DNA of 64,000 nucleotides from Christensenella sp. UBA1685 (GTDB lineage Bacteria > Bacillota > Clostridia > Christensenellales > CAG-138), in the NCBI GenBank assembly GCA_002320595.1, contig DCKB01000008.1, forward strand, positions 995 to 64,994, given 5' to 3'. The notes beneath the pieces are model-generated. The model made no database searches. It saw only the letters and a program-made list of their open reading frames with translations, and had not been told where the DNA came from. Numbering within the stretch: the stretch's first letter is position 1; each line of letters starts with the position of its first letter. The translations under genes and the position numbers were made by a program. Of this stretch, positions 38,111 through 47,342 are shown in pieces.

Positions 38111-39817
38111 ATGCAAAAATTCAGCGACTACAAATACGAACGCCCCGATCTTGATGCAGTACGGGAGACGGTCAGCGCATTGACCGATGCGATGCACAAT
38201 GCAAGAACGCCGGACGAGGCCGCGGCCGTCATAGAAAGGAACGCCGCCTTTACCAAACGCCTTGCGACCTTGGCTACGCTTGCTGAAATCCGCTTTACGC
38301 TCAACACCGAGGATTCGTTCTACAAGGCGGAGAAGGAATTTTTCGATGAAGCCTCTCCCGTAATCGATTCTCTTTCGCTCGCATATTCCAAGGCGCTTCT
38401 CGCATCCCCCTTCCGTACCCAGCTTGCGCAAACGTACGGGCAGCAGATGTTCATAAACGCCGAGCTCAGCGTCAAGCGGATGTCGCCCGCTCTTGTTCCC
38501 TTCATGCAGGAGGAAAACCGTCTCTGCAGCGAATATCAGGCGCTCGCAGCAAGCTGCAAGGTTGAATTCAACGGGGAGATCTGCAACAATTACGGCCTGC
38601 TCAAATACATGGAATCCCCGGACCGCGCCGTGCGCAAGGCGGCATTTGAAGCCTGGGCGGGATTCTTTATCGAAAACGAGGCAAAGCTGGACGAGATTTA
38701 TGACAAGCTTGTACACCTGCGGCATGAAATGGCAAAAGCCATGGGCTATAAAACCTTCACACCGCTCGGCTATCTGAACATGGGCCGCACGGATTATGAC
38801 GCAGAGGACGTAGCCCGCTTCCGTGCACAGGTCGTAGAGCACATCGTGCCTGCCTGCGTGGAGCTGCGCCGCCGGCAGGCAAAGCGCATCGGCGTGGATA
38901 AGCTCCATTATTACGATGAAAGCTACTCCTTTACCGATGGCAACGCCGTGCCGCAGGGCGACCGGGACTTCATGGTGGCCTGTGCGCAGAAAATGTATCG
39001 CGCGCTTTCAACTGAGACGGGCGAGTTCTTTGATTTCATGGTTGACCATGCGCTGCTGGAACTCGAAACAAAGCCAAACAAGGCGGTCGGCGGTTACTGC
39101 ACATTCATCCCGGAGTACGATTCTCCGTTTATTTTCTCCAACTTCAATGGCACTTCCGCCGATGCAGGCGTGCTTACCCACGAAGCCGGGCATGCCTTTG
39201 AAGCCTTCTGTGCAAGCCGTCATCAGAAGATTCCCGAATACTATTTCAGCACAAGCGAGGCCAACGAGATTCACTCCATGTCCATGGAGTTCTTCACCTA
39301 TCCCTGGATGGACCTGTTCTTCGGCGCACAAACCGCAAAATATAAATTTTCTCACATGGCGGATGCGCTTACCTTCATCCCGTACGGCGTATGCGTGGAT
39401 GAATTCCAGCACATCGTGTACGAAAACCCCAACATGACGCCCGCTGAGCGCACGGCAGTCTGGAAGGCGCTTGAAAAGAAATACCTTCCCGACCGCAGCT
39501 ATGACGGCAACGCTTTCATGGAAAAGGGCGGCTTCTGGATGCAGAAGCTGCACATCTTCCTCAGCCCGTTCTATTATATCGATTATACGCTTGCCTCCAT
39601 GGGCACGTTTGAATTTTACGGCAGAATGCTTGAAAACCGTGAAGAAGCATGGGCGGATTATTACCGTCTCTGCTGTGCGGGCGGCAGCATGCCTTATCTC
39701 GCGCTGCTCAAGCTTGCGCGCCTATCCAACCCCTTTGAGCCGGGCAGCGTAGCGCGCGCGATTAAGCCCATACTGAAAACACTTGCGGAAACGGATGATC
39801 TTGCGCTGCAAAACTAA
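38111..39817 (+). CDS. pepF: M3B-family oligoendopeptidase F
   Basis: HEAGHAF zinc motif in a protein of about 570 aa. Start at ATG 38111, 5 nt after GGAGGAA. Confidence 0.88.
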   Translation: MQKFSDYKYERPDLDAVRETVSALTDAMHNARTPDEAAAVIERNAAFTKRLATLATLAEIRFTLNTEDSFYKAEKEFFDEASPVIDSLSLAYSKALLASPFRTQLAQTYGQQMFINAELSVKRMSPALVPFMQEENRLCSEYQALAASCKVEFNGEICNNYGLLKYMESPDRAVRKAAFEAWAGFFIENEAKLDEIYDKLVHLRHEMAKAMGYKTFTPLGYLNMGRTDYDAEDVARFRAQVVEHIVPACVELRRRQAKRIGVDKLHYYDESYSFTDGNAVPQGDRDFMVACAQKMYRALSTETGEFFDFMVDHALLELETKPNKAVGGYCTFIPEYDSPFIFSNFNGTSADAGVLTHEAGHAFEAFCASRHQKIPEYYFSTSEANEIHSMSMEFFTYPWMDLFFGAQTAKYKFSHMADALTFIPYGVCVDEFQHIVYENPNMTPAERTAVWKALEKKYLPDRSYDGNAFMEKGGFWMQKLHIFLSPFYYIDYTLASMGTFEFYGRMLENREEAWADYYRLCCAGGSMPYLALLKLARLSNPFEPGSVARAIKPILKTLAETDDLALQN

Positions 39818-39833
39818 ACGAACAAAAGAGAAC

Positions 39834-39862
39834 AAAAAATCGCGCCGGCGGCGCGATTTTTT
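39834..39862. terminator. bidirectional terminator between pepF and the GIY-YIG-like gene
   Basis: AAAAAA-TCGCGCC-ggc-GGCGCGA-TTTTTT. Confidence 0.75.
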
Positions 39863-39901
39863 GTTCTTACGTGTTATTGTCCGCTGTTTGTTTGGGTAAG
39901 G

Positions 39902-40219
39902 TCAAATTTGCGTTTGCAGCAACCGGGCGCCTGTGCCGAGCCGCTCTTGCCAAAGGAAGAGCTTGGCACGCAGATGCGCTTCCGTTTCCAGCTCAGACAA
40001 TGCCGGTTCGGGCGCAAACGCTTCCAAAAGCTCAAATTCGAGTCCGCCCCGCTCATTCCAAAACAGCTGCAAAGGTTTATAGGAACAAGCGTTAAGCGTG
40101 AGTTCAAAGCGCAGCCGCTTCCGGGTTCCTTCAAAGTTGTAGGTGAACCCGAGGAACGATTCCCCCGTTTCGGGCGCAAATACGCGGTAAATTCCCGCGG
40201 TCAACGGCCTGCTTTCCAT
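39902..40219 (-). CDS. small GIY-YIG-like domain protein
   Basis: 105 aa. AGIYRVFAPETGESFLGFTYNFEGTRKRLRFEL...LQLFWNERGGLEFELLE follows the GIY-(10 aa)-YIG...R...E pattern, with FLG in place of YIG. The start lies 6 nt after the prsA-like stop and has no SD of its own. Confidence 0.5.
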   Translation of the reverse strand: MESRPLTAGIYRVFAPETGESFLGFTYNFEGTRKRLRFELTLNACSYKPLQLFWNERGGLEFELLEAFAPEPALSELETEAHLRAKLFLWQERLGTGARLLQTQI

Positions 40220-40225
40220 AGCGGC

Positions 40226-41410
40226 TTACTTTACGCCGTTCACGCGGTCGTAATGCTTAACGATCTTGACCTCTTCCTTCCACTGTGTGAGATACTCTTC
40301 ATACAAAGCATCTTCTTTGTCCGACTGTACCAGTTCACGGACCGTATCCTTCACCTCATCAAGAGAAAGGGTCTTTGCTTCCACAGAGCCAAGCTTTTTG
40401 ATGATATGCTTTCCTTTGGAGGACTGAACAGCTTCGGGCGTTACATCGCCTTCCTTCTCAAGTGCAAGCGCCGCAGCCGAAAACTCCTCATAATAGTCGG
40501 ACGCATTTGCTTCGCTCAGGATATAGCCCTCTGTTTTGTAAGGCTCGTTCTTCATGCCGGGATCTTCGCCGTACTCTTCAATCAGTGCATCGAAATCCTC
40601 TCCGGCCTGGATCTTTGCATAAACCTCCGCCACGATGGCATCAACGTCCTTTTCCTCCCCTTCTTCGGGGTCAAGAATCAGAATATGCTTATAATAGTTG
40701 TAGCCCTCCGGCACCACCAGAGGCTGCAGACCGCCATTGGTGAGGTAGGAAGAATAATCGTCAAAGTAGTTTGCCGCATCCTCAGCATAGCGCTCCTGAT
40801 AGTATGCGAGCTGCTCGTCATAGTAAGCCTGAACATCCTCGTCGCTCACCGTAACTTCCGCCATCAACCCATCGACATATTTCTTTCCTATGGCCTGATC
40901 GCGCAGGCTTTCTTCGATGCTCTTTATGTACTTGTCATACGTAAGGCCGTTTGCCTTCAGGTCTTCCAAAAGCAGTTTTTCTTCCGCAGCGCGTTTTTCG
41001 GCTTCATCGGTGATGGATTCATCCACTTTATCCGCATAATCCTCATACAGGCTGTCGATCTGCTCCTGTAACTTCTTCTGAACCTCTGCTTCCTCTTCGT
41101 CGGTAAGCGTTACGCCGTTTTTCTTTGCAACATAAATTGGGAGCAGGCTGTCGATAATGGAATCGAACACCATGTCCTGAAATGCGCGGTACTTTTCAGC
41201 CGTTGATACATCGTAGGTACCATACAGGCTTTGGATATACATATTGTTGAAATAGATGTTGTAATAGGTTTGGAAACGGATTTCCATATCGCCGACTTTG
41301 CCGACGACTGGGTTGCTTACCTTGGCGCTGCAGCCGGCAAAAGCGGCAAACATCAATGCGAGTGCTAAAGTGAACAGGACGGCGCGCATGCCGTTGCGTT
41401 TGTTTTGCAT
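40226..41410 (-). CDS. parvulin-type peptidyl-prolyl isomerase lipoprotein (PrsA/SurA-like foldase)
   Basis: Lipobox FAAFAGC, long SurA-like helical regions, and a parvulin core (YYKHILIL...SKGKHIIKKLG). Start at ATG 41410 after AGGAGAAAAAAG. Confidence 0.75.
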   Translation of the reverse strand: MQNKRNGMRAVLFTLALALMFAAFAGCSAKVSNPVVGKVGDMEIRFQTYYNIYFNNMYIQSLYGTYDVSTAEKYRAFQDMVFDSIIDSLLPIYVAKKNGVTLTDEEEAEVQKKLQEQIDSLYEDYADKVDESITDEAEKRAAEEKLLLEDLKANGLTYDKYIKSIEESLRDQAIGKKYVDGLMAEVTVSDEDVQAYYDEQLAYYQERYAEDAANYFDDYSSYLTNGGLQPLVVPEGYNYYKHILILDPEEGEEKDVDAIVAEVYAKIQAGEDFDALIEEYGEDPGMKNEPYKTEGYILSEANASDYYEEFSAAALALEKEGDVTPEAVQSSKGKHIIKKLGSVEAKTLSLDEVKDTVRELVQSDKEDALYEEYLTQWKEEVKIVKHYDRVNGVK

Positions 41411-41645
41411 TCTTTTTTCTCCTTTGCAAAGGCGCCTGCTCATGCGGCACCCCATTATAAACTGACTTGTTTATTTTATCCTTCCCGCCGCATGCTGTCA
41501 ACGCGTCAAGAACAAACAAATGTAAATTGATTGCGTCAAAGTACTTTTGTTTGGCTTTCTCGACAAATTCCTTTGGTGATTTGTGCCGTTTATGGTATAA
41601 TTGATTTTGTTAGTAAAGTAACTATGGTTTTAAGCGAGGTTTGGC

Positions 41646-42182
41646 ATGCGGCATATTCCCAACATTCTTTCTGCGCTTCGCATTTTGATGGTAGGCGTAT
41701 TCCTGTATTTTTTTATAAAGGCTCAATATCTTTCGTGTCTGATTACGTATATAATCGCATTTTTGACCGACCTGCTGGACGGCTTTCTGGCACGGCGGAA
41801 CAACTGGATCTCCAATATCGGCAAAGTGCTTGACCCGTTGGCTGACAAGCTGATGGTGCTTACGGCGCTCGTTTGCTTTTTGACGCGGGGCTGGCTGCCC
41901 CTCTATATGATTATTATCGTTTTTGCCAAGGAACTCATCATGATCGTTGGCGGCGCGATCCTGTTCCGCAAAAAGGTTTTTGTGTATTCCGACTGGTTTG
42001 GCAAATTTGCCTCCGGCTTCTTTAATGCAAGCGTTGCGCTTACGCTGGCCAAGCGGTTTGTTCCGCAGATCGGCATACTGGACATTGTTGTGCTTGGCAT
42101 TGCGATTATCCTTGCGCTCATAGCGCTCGTCCACTACGCACGCATTCAAGTTCTGCCTTACATCCGAAAAACACGCGCATAG
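41646..42182 (+). CDS. pgsA: CDP-diacylglycerol--glycerol-3-phosphate 3-phosphatidyltransferase
   Basis: CDP-alcohol phosphatidyltransferase motif DLLDGFLARR...GKVLDPLADK. An extended -10 (TGGTATAAT, 41593-41601) lies upstream. Confidence 0.88.
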   Translation: MRHIPNILSALRILMVGVFLYFFIKAQYLSCLITYIIAFLTDLLDGFLARRNNWISNIGKVLDPLADKLMVLTALVCFLTRGWLPLYMIIIVFAKELIMIVGGAILFRKKVFVYSDWFGKFASGFFNASVALTLAKRFVPQIGILDIVVLGIAIILALIALVHYARIQVLPYIRKTRA

Positions 42183-42205
42183 GGTCCCAAACCATCCTGT
42201 GCCGG

Positions 42206-42238
42206 GCAGAGTGGAAGAAGTTCCCACCCTGCTTTTTT
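42206..42238 (+). terminator. probable intrinsic terminator after pgsA
   Basis: GCAGAGTGG-(9 nt)-CCACCCTGC, with one mismatch, followed by TTTTTT. Confidence 0.5.
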
Positions 42239-42310
42239 CGATGTGCCCCGGTTCCAAAACACAAGCGATATGAATAGGATGAAGCAGCCCAAAAAATTCA
42301 GGAGGTTGCT

Positions 42311-43315
42311 ATGAAAAAACTCGTATCCTTTGCGCTGTGTCTGCTGCTCGGCGCCGCGTTCTTGCTGTGCGGCTGCGACAAGCAGGGCGAATTGCGCCAT
42401 GTCACGCTCAATGAGGTGACCCGCTCGGTGTTCTACGCACCGCTGTATGTTGCGGTCTCACGCGGATTCTTTGAAGCGGAAGGCATGGAGATCGAAATTG
42501 TGACCGGCGGCGGCAGTGACAAAAGCATGACCGCGCTGCTTGCGGGGGAAGCGGACATTGCGCTGATGGGCCCGGAAACCGGCGTTTACGTGGTTTCCGG
42601 AGGGAAAGACGAACATCCGATGATCGTTGCCCAACTCACCAAGCGCGACGGTTCCTTCCTCGTTGGCCGCGAAGCGGACGATGCGTTTGATTGGAAGTCC
42701 CTGCAGGGAAAATCTATTATCGGCGGACGTCCTGGCGGCATGCCTTTTATGACGCTCGAATACGTCCTCAAGCAACACGGTCTTACCCCCGGTGTGGATG
42801 TGGAGGTCATCAACAACATCCAGTTTAACCTGATGGGCGGCGCATTTGAGAGCGGAACCGGCGATTTCGTTACGCTTTTTGAACCGACAGCCTCTGAATT
42901 TGAAGCCGCAGGCAAAGGACACATCGTCGCAAACGTTGGCATGGAATCCGGCGAAGTGCCTTATACCGCCTTTATGGTTGCGCCCGACACCATAAAGGAT
43001 GACCCTGCATTCGTTGAAGCGTTCGTGCGGGCGTTGTACCGCGCGCAGCTTTGGGTGCAATCCGCAAGCGATGCGGAAATCGCTGAAGCGATGCAGCCTT
43101 TCTTCCCAGATTCTTCGGTCGAGACCCTTTCCGCGGTCGCCCAAAGCTATCGGGCGACGGATTCCTGGACGCAAACGCCTGTGATGAGCGAGGATTCCTT
43201 TACACGCTTGCAGGACATCATGGAAAGTGCTGGAGAGCTGAGCGAGCGCGTTGAATTTACTGAGCTTGTAGATAACAGCTTTGCGGAAGCCGCCGTAGAA
43301 GAGGCCGGGAAGTAA
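42311..43315 (+). CDS. ABC transporter substrate-binding lipoprotein, NMT1/THI5 (NitT/TauT) family, orphan
   Basis: Lipobox FLLCGC. YAPLYVAVSRGFFEAEGMEIEI... is typical of NMT1-like SBPs. No permease or ATPase gene is adjacent. Confidence 0.75.
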   Translation: MKKLVSFALCLLLGAAFLLCGCDKQGELRHVTLNEVTRSVFYAPLYVAVSRGFFEAEGMEIEIVTGGGSDKSMTALLAGEADIALMGPETGVYVVSGGKDEHPMIVAQLTKRDGSFLVGREADDAFDWKSLQGKSIIGGRPGGMPFMTLEYVLKQHGLTPGVDVEVINNIQFNLMGGAFESGTGDFVTLFEPTASEFEAAGKGHIVANVGMESGEVPYTAFMVAPDTIKDDPAFVEAFVRALYRAQLWVQSASDAEIAEAMQPFFPDSSVETLSAVAQSYRATDSWTQTPVMSEDSFTRLQDIMESAGELSERVEFTELVDNSFAEAAVEEAGK

Positions 43316-43377
43316 GGCAGGGGGCGCAAGGATCGGTTTCGGCTGCGTTGTTCTCCGCAAACCGCTCTTTACGCAAA

Positions 43378-43404
43378 GGGCCGCCCGAAATTTCCGGGCG
43401 GCCC
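43378..43404. terminator. bidirectional hairpin between convergent genes
   Basis: GGGCCGCCCG-aaatttc-CGGGCGGCCC, a 10-bp GC-rich stem. Confidence 0.55.
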
Positions 43405-43424
43405 TGACTAAGTTTTATGTTCTG

Positions 43425-43832
43425 TTATTCCTCATCATCCTGAACCGTCGGGATCACGGGTTTGTTGCAGTTCGGGCAGATCAGTTCCTCGTCAGATTCA
43501 AGCATGTCCTGATCGAAGTAAACGGTCTCACCGCAATGCGGGCATTCTACCTCAACAAAGTCATCGTCAAAATCGTCACAGCAGCAATCGCACTCGTCAT
43601 CATCATCGATCAGAGCGTCCAGGCACTCGTCAATGTCGGAAAGCTCATCACAAATGTCGTCAATGCATTCATCAAGGTCAATAATCGCCTCTTCGTTTTC
43701 GTCAATGGTACCGGCCATTTCGTCCATGGTTTCGATCATCGCAAGCAGGAGCTTCCCCTGCGCATCGCCGCCGATTTCCATGCCGTCCGCAAGGCCGCGC
43801 AGGTAAGCGACTTTTTCTTTCATGTATCCCAT
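43425..43832 (-). CDS. highly acidic Cys-rich protein with a C-terminal zinc ribbon (hypothetical; resembles the clostridial CD1247-N-domain family)
   Basis: 135 aa. It has a helical N-domain, the stretch DDDDECDCCCDDFDDDF, then CPHCGE...(20 aa)...CPNCNK. GGAGG lies 7 nt upstream and the gene starts 36 nt downstream of efp on the same strand. Confidence 0.6.
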   Translation of the reverse strand: MGYMKEKVAYLRGLADGMEIGGDAQGKLLLAMIETMDEMAGTIDENEEAIIDLDECIDDICDELSDIDECLDALIDDDDECDCCCDDFDDDFVEVECPHCGETVYFDQDMLESDEELICPNCNKPVIPTVQDDEE

Positions 43833-43868
43833 AGGTAAACCTCCGTTATGTGATGTTGTTAGGATTGC

Positions 43869-44432
43869 TTAGACGCGCTCCATATATTCGCCAGTGCGGG
43901 TATCTACACGAATGCGGTCACCCTCGTTGACGAACAGCGGAACGTTGATTTTAAAGCCGGTTTCAAGCGTTGCAGGCTTGGTTGTTCCGGTGGCGGTATC
44001 ACCGCGGAAGCCGGGCTCCGTTTCGGTGACGGTCAGTTCAACAAAGTTAGGCGCAGCAACGGAGAACGGGCTGCCTTTAAAGAAGCGGATGGTGACGTTT
44101 TCGTTTTCCACGATGAAGTCAATCGCATCCTCAACCTGCTCGTGGTTGAGCGGAAGCTGCTCAAAGGTTTCCGTATCCATGAAATAATAAAGCTCGCCAT
44201 CGTTGTAGAGATACTGCATCTCTTTGGTTTCGATGTGCGCAGTGGGGTACTTGTCCGTGGGGCTGAAGGTGCGCTCAAGCACCGCGCCAGTCATGACGTT
44301 CTTGAGCCGCGTGCGCACAAAAGCCGCACCCTTGCCGGGCTTCACGTGCTGGAAGTCCGCGATGGACCAAACGTTGCCATCGATTTCAACCGTAACGCCC
44401 TTCCTGAAATCGCCCGCCATAATCATTGCCAT
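43869..44432 (-). CDS. efp: elongation factor P
   Basis: ...[41 protein letters not shown]... is the canonical EF-P sequence. Confidence 0.95.
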   Translation of the reverse strand: MAMIMAGDFRKGVTVEIDGNVWSIADFQHVKPGKGAAFVRTRLKNVMTGAVLERTFSPTDKYPTAHIETKEMQYLYNDGELYYFMDTETFEQLPLNHEQVEDAIDFIVENENVTIRFFKGSPFSVAAPNFVELTVTETEPGFRGDTATGTTKPATLETGFKINVPLFVNEGDRIRVDTRTGEYMERV

Positions 44433-44525
44433 AGGTAATAATCCTCCAAAGTGGTTTTTTGTTTCATTTGTATGATCTTACCATGCCGCGCGCACACAGC
44501 AACGCCATGATACACAATACCGTGT

Positions 44526-44554
44526 ATTATATTACCACAATCCGCTGCATGCAA
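44526..44554 (-). promoter_or_regulatory. sigma-A promoter of efp
   Basis: On the minus strand TTGCAT (44554-44549), a 17-nt spacer, then TATAAT (44531-44526). Confidence 0.55.
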
Positions 44555-44597
44555 ACAAGGGATTTATCACATTCGGATGAAATTTTACCTGAATTTT

Positions 44598-45629
44598 TCA
44601 TGCCGCGCCCCGGTATCCTTCTCCCACAAGCCATTCCGTGTGGTAATAGCCGGGTTCAGGAACGACTCGCTCCAGCTGAAACCGATCCCCGATATTTACC
44701 GTATAAGCCTTTTTGTCCATAAAATAGATCGCGGTATTGTGTACCGGGAAGGGTTCGGACATTCTCCCCGCGCCAATGTCGTATATGCTCATTTGGATGT
44801 AGTTGTCCTCCAGCAGCCAAGCGCAAAACACAGCGTTCCCATTTGCGGCGGCGCGGACATTGTTGATGTCCTCTTCTTCAAGCATCACAGTCCGCCCATC
44901 CCCTTCCGCTTCCAGCAAATAGAGGCCGTTTAAATTGCGGCAAAGGATCCTGTCTCCCAGATGCTGCACCGGGGAAGGCATGGCTTCCTTTGCAACCGTT
45001 ATGGCGTCCGGAACATTCACATCAATCGCAAAAAGAGAATATGCGTTGGCGCAATACGGGTCATCGTCGATCCTGCGCGAAACGTATATCGTCTCCCCCA
45101 CCACATCCAGATAACTCCACCGGAGGTCTTCCATCACGGGAATGCGGTTTGAGCCGTCTTTCTCCATGCGGTACAGCGTGTTCTCCGCAAAGAAGAAAAC
45201 ATAGTTCTTTGTCGTAACCATATTGTCAGCGGTTCCATCCCAAAGCTTTGCGACGGCCCCGGTTTCATAATCAAAGCGGAATATCCCCTTTTCCTCATCG
45301 CCGATATAATACAGCGCGTCATCCGAAGCGTTGATCATGCCATGGCAGTCCTCCGCAAGCACCCAGATCTCCCCCTGCGCATCCATGGCGCAAAGCGTCT
45401 CACGGGGATAGTTTTGAAAATAAATGACGCCGCCCCGCGCATCCGCCATCCCGTATGCGCTGCGGTTTGCCGCATCAGCACCGCAGGGAGAAAGGTCCGC
45501 CGGTTCCCAAACGAAGGGTTCTTCCTCCGGCACAGGGCTTGGCGCAGGTTCTTCTTCTGCTGCAAGGTTGCACGCGCAGAGGAAGGCCGTGCAAAGGACA
45601 AGCGCAAGAAGCCACACAGCTTTTTTCAT
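44598..45629 (-). CDS. lipoprotein with repeated beta-propeller-like blades (DUF5050-like)
   Basis: Lipobox TAFLCAC. Recurrent ...YY/IYF...G... blade-like segments (ALYYIGDEEKGIFRFDYETG; VFFFAENTLYRMEKDGSN; IYFMDKKAYTV). Confidence 0.5.
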   Translation of the reverse strand: MKKAVWLLALVLCTAFLCACNLAAEEEPAPSPVPEEEPFVWEPADLSPCGADAANRSAYGMADARGGVIYFQNYPRETLCAMDAQGEIWVLAEDCHGMINASDDALYYIGDEEKGIFRFDYETGAVAKLWDGTADNMVTTKNYVFFFAENTLYRMEKDGSNRIPVMEDLRWSYLDVVGETIYVSRRIDDDPYCANAYSLFAIDVNVPDAITVAKEAMPSPVQHLGDRILCRNLNGLYLLEAEGDGRTVMLEEEDINNVRAAANGNAVFCAWLLEDNYIQMSIYDIGAGRMSEPFPVHNTAIYFMDKKAYTVNIGDRFQLERVVPEPGYYHTEWLVGEGYRGAA

Positions 45630-45701
45630 AAAACAGTTCCTCCTTTATTTGCAATGGGATGAGCCGAACAGCTCATCCCACAATGACGGTTTCTTTCACT
45701 A

Positions 45702-47062
45702 TCAGCTGTTAAAAGAGCCCGTTATCGGCCGAATGATCCTCACATATGGAGCGGAATTGGAAGAAATCAGTTCAGAGAGCTGGCGATAGGAATATTCATT
45801 TGAATGCTGAGCCACATAAATATTTGACGCATCGCTTAATGAATACCCGCCTCTGACAACCATTACTGAATGAAGATATCCGCTACTAGATGCCGAGTCC
45901 GAGAGTTGTAGTATATCCCCATTTCTAAGCACAGTGCTACAACTTGAATATAAGGACAAGTTGTTATATTTAGACGCTCTCGGCCCACTAGAAGAAGACG
46001 ATAGATAGCTATACAATTCTTTCACTCTTTGCCACGGTCCTGACGGAGTGTCCTCATTAGAAATATAGCTACGACCGAACCAATTATCGCTACCGCAAAT
46101 CTGTCTATAGTTTTGTAACGCCAATTGTTGACAGGCAGCTATTCCTCCCGTAGCCGACCAACTATTTCCTTGGTCACCACCATATCCCACCCAAAGACAC
46201 TGAGATACAAAGTTTGTACAGTCATTTGTCACACGCTTAAATATCTGTGTTTGATAACTTGCTCCTTTGGCGTGTGCAAAATTCCTTGCTCTTTCATAAT
46301 CATATGTTACAGCAACGCTCCTCATTTCTGTAACATTCTTCCCAACAATATCATCAGTATCCTTGTTTTCAGAGGTAGCGTTCGAAGCGTCTGCAAGCAC
46401 TACCAATTGCGGGATGAACGCGTTGATTTCATCATATGCATCATCAATCGCATCCGTTATCGTATATCCTTGGGATTGCGCATTCTTTATCATTTTTTCT
46501 TGAATGCGCTGTTTTGCAGTATAGTAATCATTTGATTGAGAACTTAGGTATACGATTTTAGACGTATCGCCAACCTTTCCGATACGGATTTCCCAAAGAT
46601 CTCCGGAATGCGCAATGGTATTTGTTTCGTCCTCCAGATATCGATATGAAATTCGTATGTACGCCCGAATTTCAACGCTTCCATCCGGCAATGGCCGCGC
46701 ATACTTCAGATCAATTTCATTCACGCGGGAGTCGGCAATTCCGGTATTCATTGCTTTTCTCCAGTTAATCCCATACTGTAATGCGCAAAGATACAAATGC
46801 GTATTCTCTGTATCTGCAACATAGCGCATTAACCCGGGGCTAACATCAAGCGCCTCTATGCTTTTATGATATTCCGAAAAGTACCCATACAAAACGGCAG
46901 CGACCGATGCATAGTCAATCTCCGCATACTGTTTTCCGGCAAGACAAGCTCAAATTCTAAGCCGTCAGAGGTCGAGGTTGCATCGGTCACAGATGTGCAA
47001 AACACAACCGTCAGCGCTAAGACGATTGCAGCAATTCGGCTTCTTTTAACAACCCGCTTCAT
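45702..47062 (-). pseudogene. secreted putative amidase (Amidase_6-type, DCTNFVSQC catalytic-Cys motif), with the signal peptide in a different frame
   Basis: The body ORF 45702-46892 has ...ARNFAHAKGAS...TNDCTNFVSQCLW...GDILQL...HSVMVV. The signal-peptide ORF 46856-47062 (MKRVVKRSRIAAIVLALTVVFCTSV...) is in another frame. Both frames are open across 46859-46949, so one indel there would fuse them. The body's own start is a TTG with no SD. Confidence 0.55.
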
Positions 47063-47295
47063 CGCATGTGCCCTTCTGTTTTTTTGCCGGGAAGTTTTCC
47101 CATAATTTATTATAACAGAATTTTATTGTTTTTTTATTAACAAATTGCAAACATTCCATTCCTAACTTTCTTCATCCATCCCTTTCAGTCCTTTCAAAAC
47201 AAAATCTCGAAAAGCAGCGGCATGTTTGGCAACGCAAGCATATCAAGCGCAGTGAGCGTCCCATCAATGCTGCGGACATTCTCCGGACCGGGCGT

Positions 47296-47328
47296 GTATA
47301 CAACAACGGGGGCGCCTGCGCCGCCCCC
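47296..47328 (-). terminator. probable terminator after rpoD
   Basis: The minus strand reads GGGGGCG-gcgcagg-CGCCCCC followed by GUUGUUGUAU. Confidence 0.45.
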
Positions 47329-47342
47329 TGTATTTTGCCCTG

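Noticed and set aside
37997-38908. 303-aa minus-strand ORF
   Set aside because: It is antisense to pepF, which has the HEAGH motif, and shows no homology-like features.
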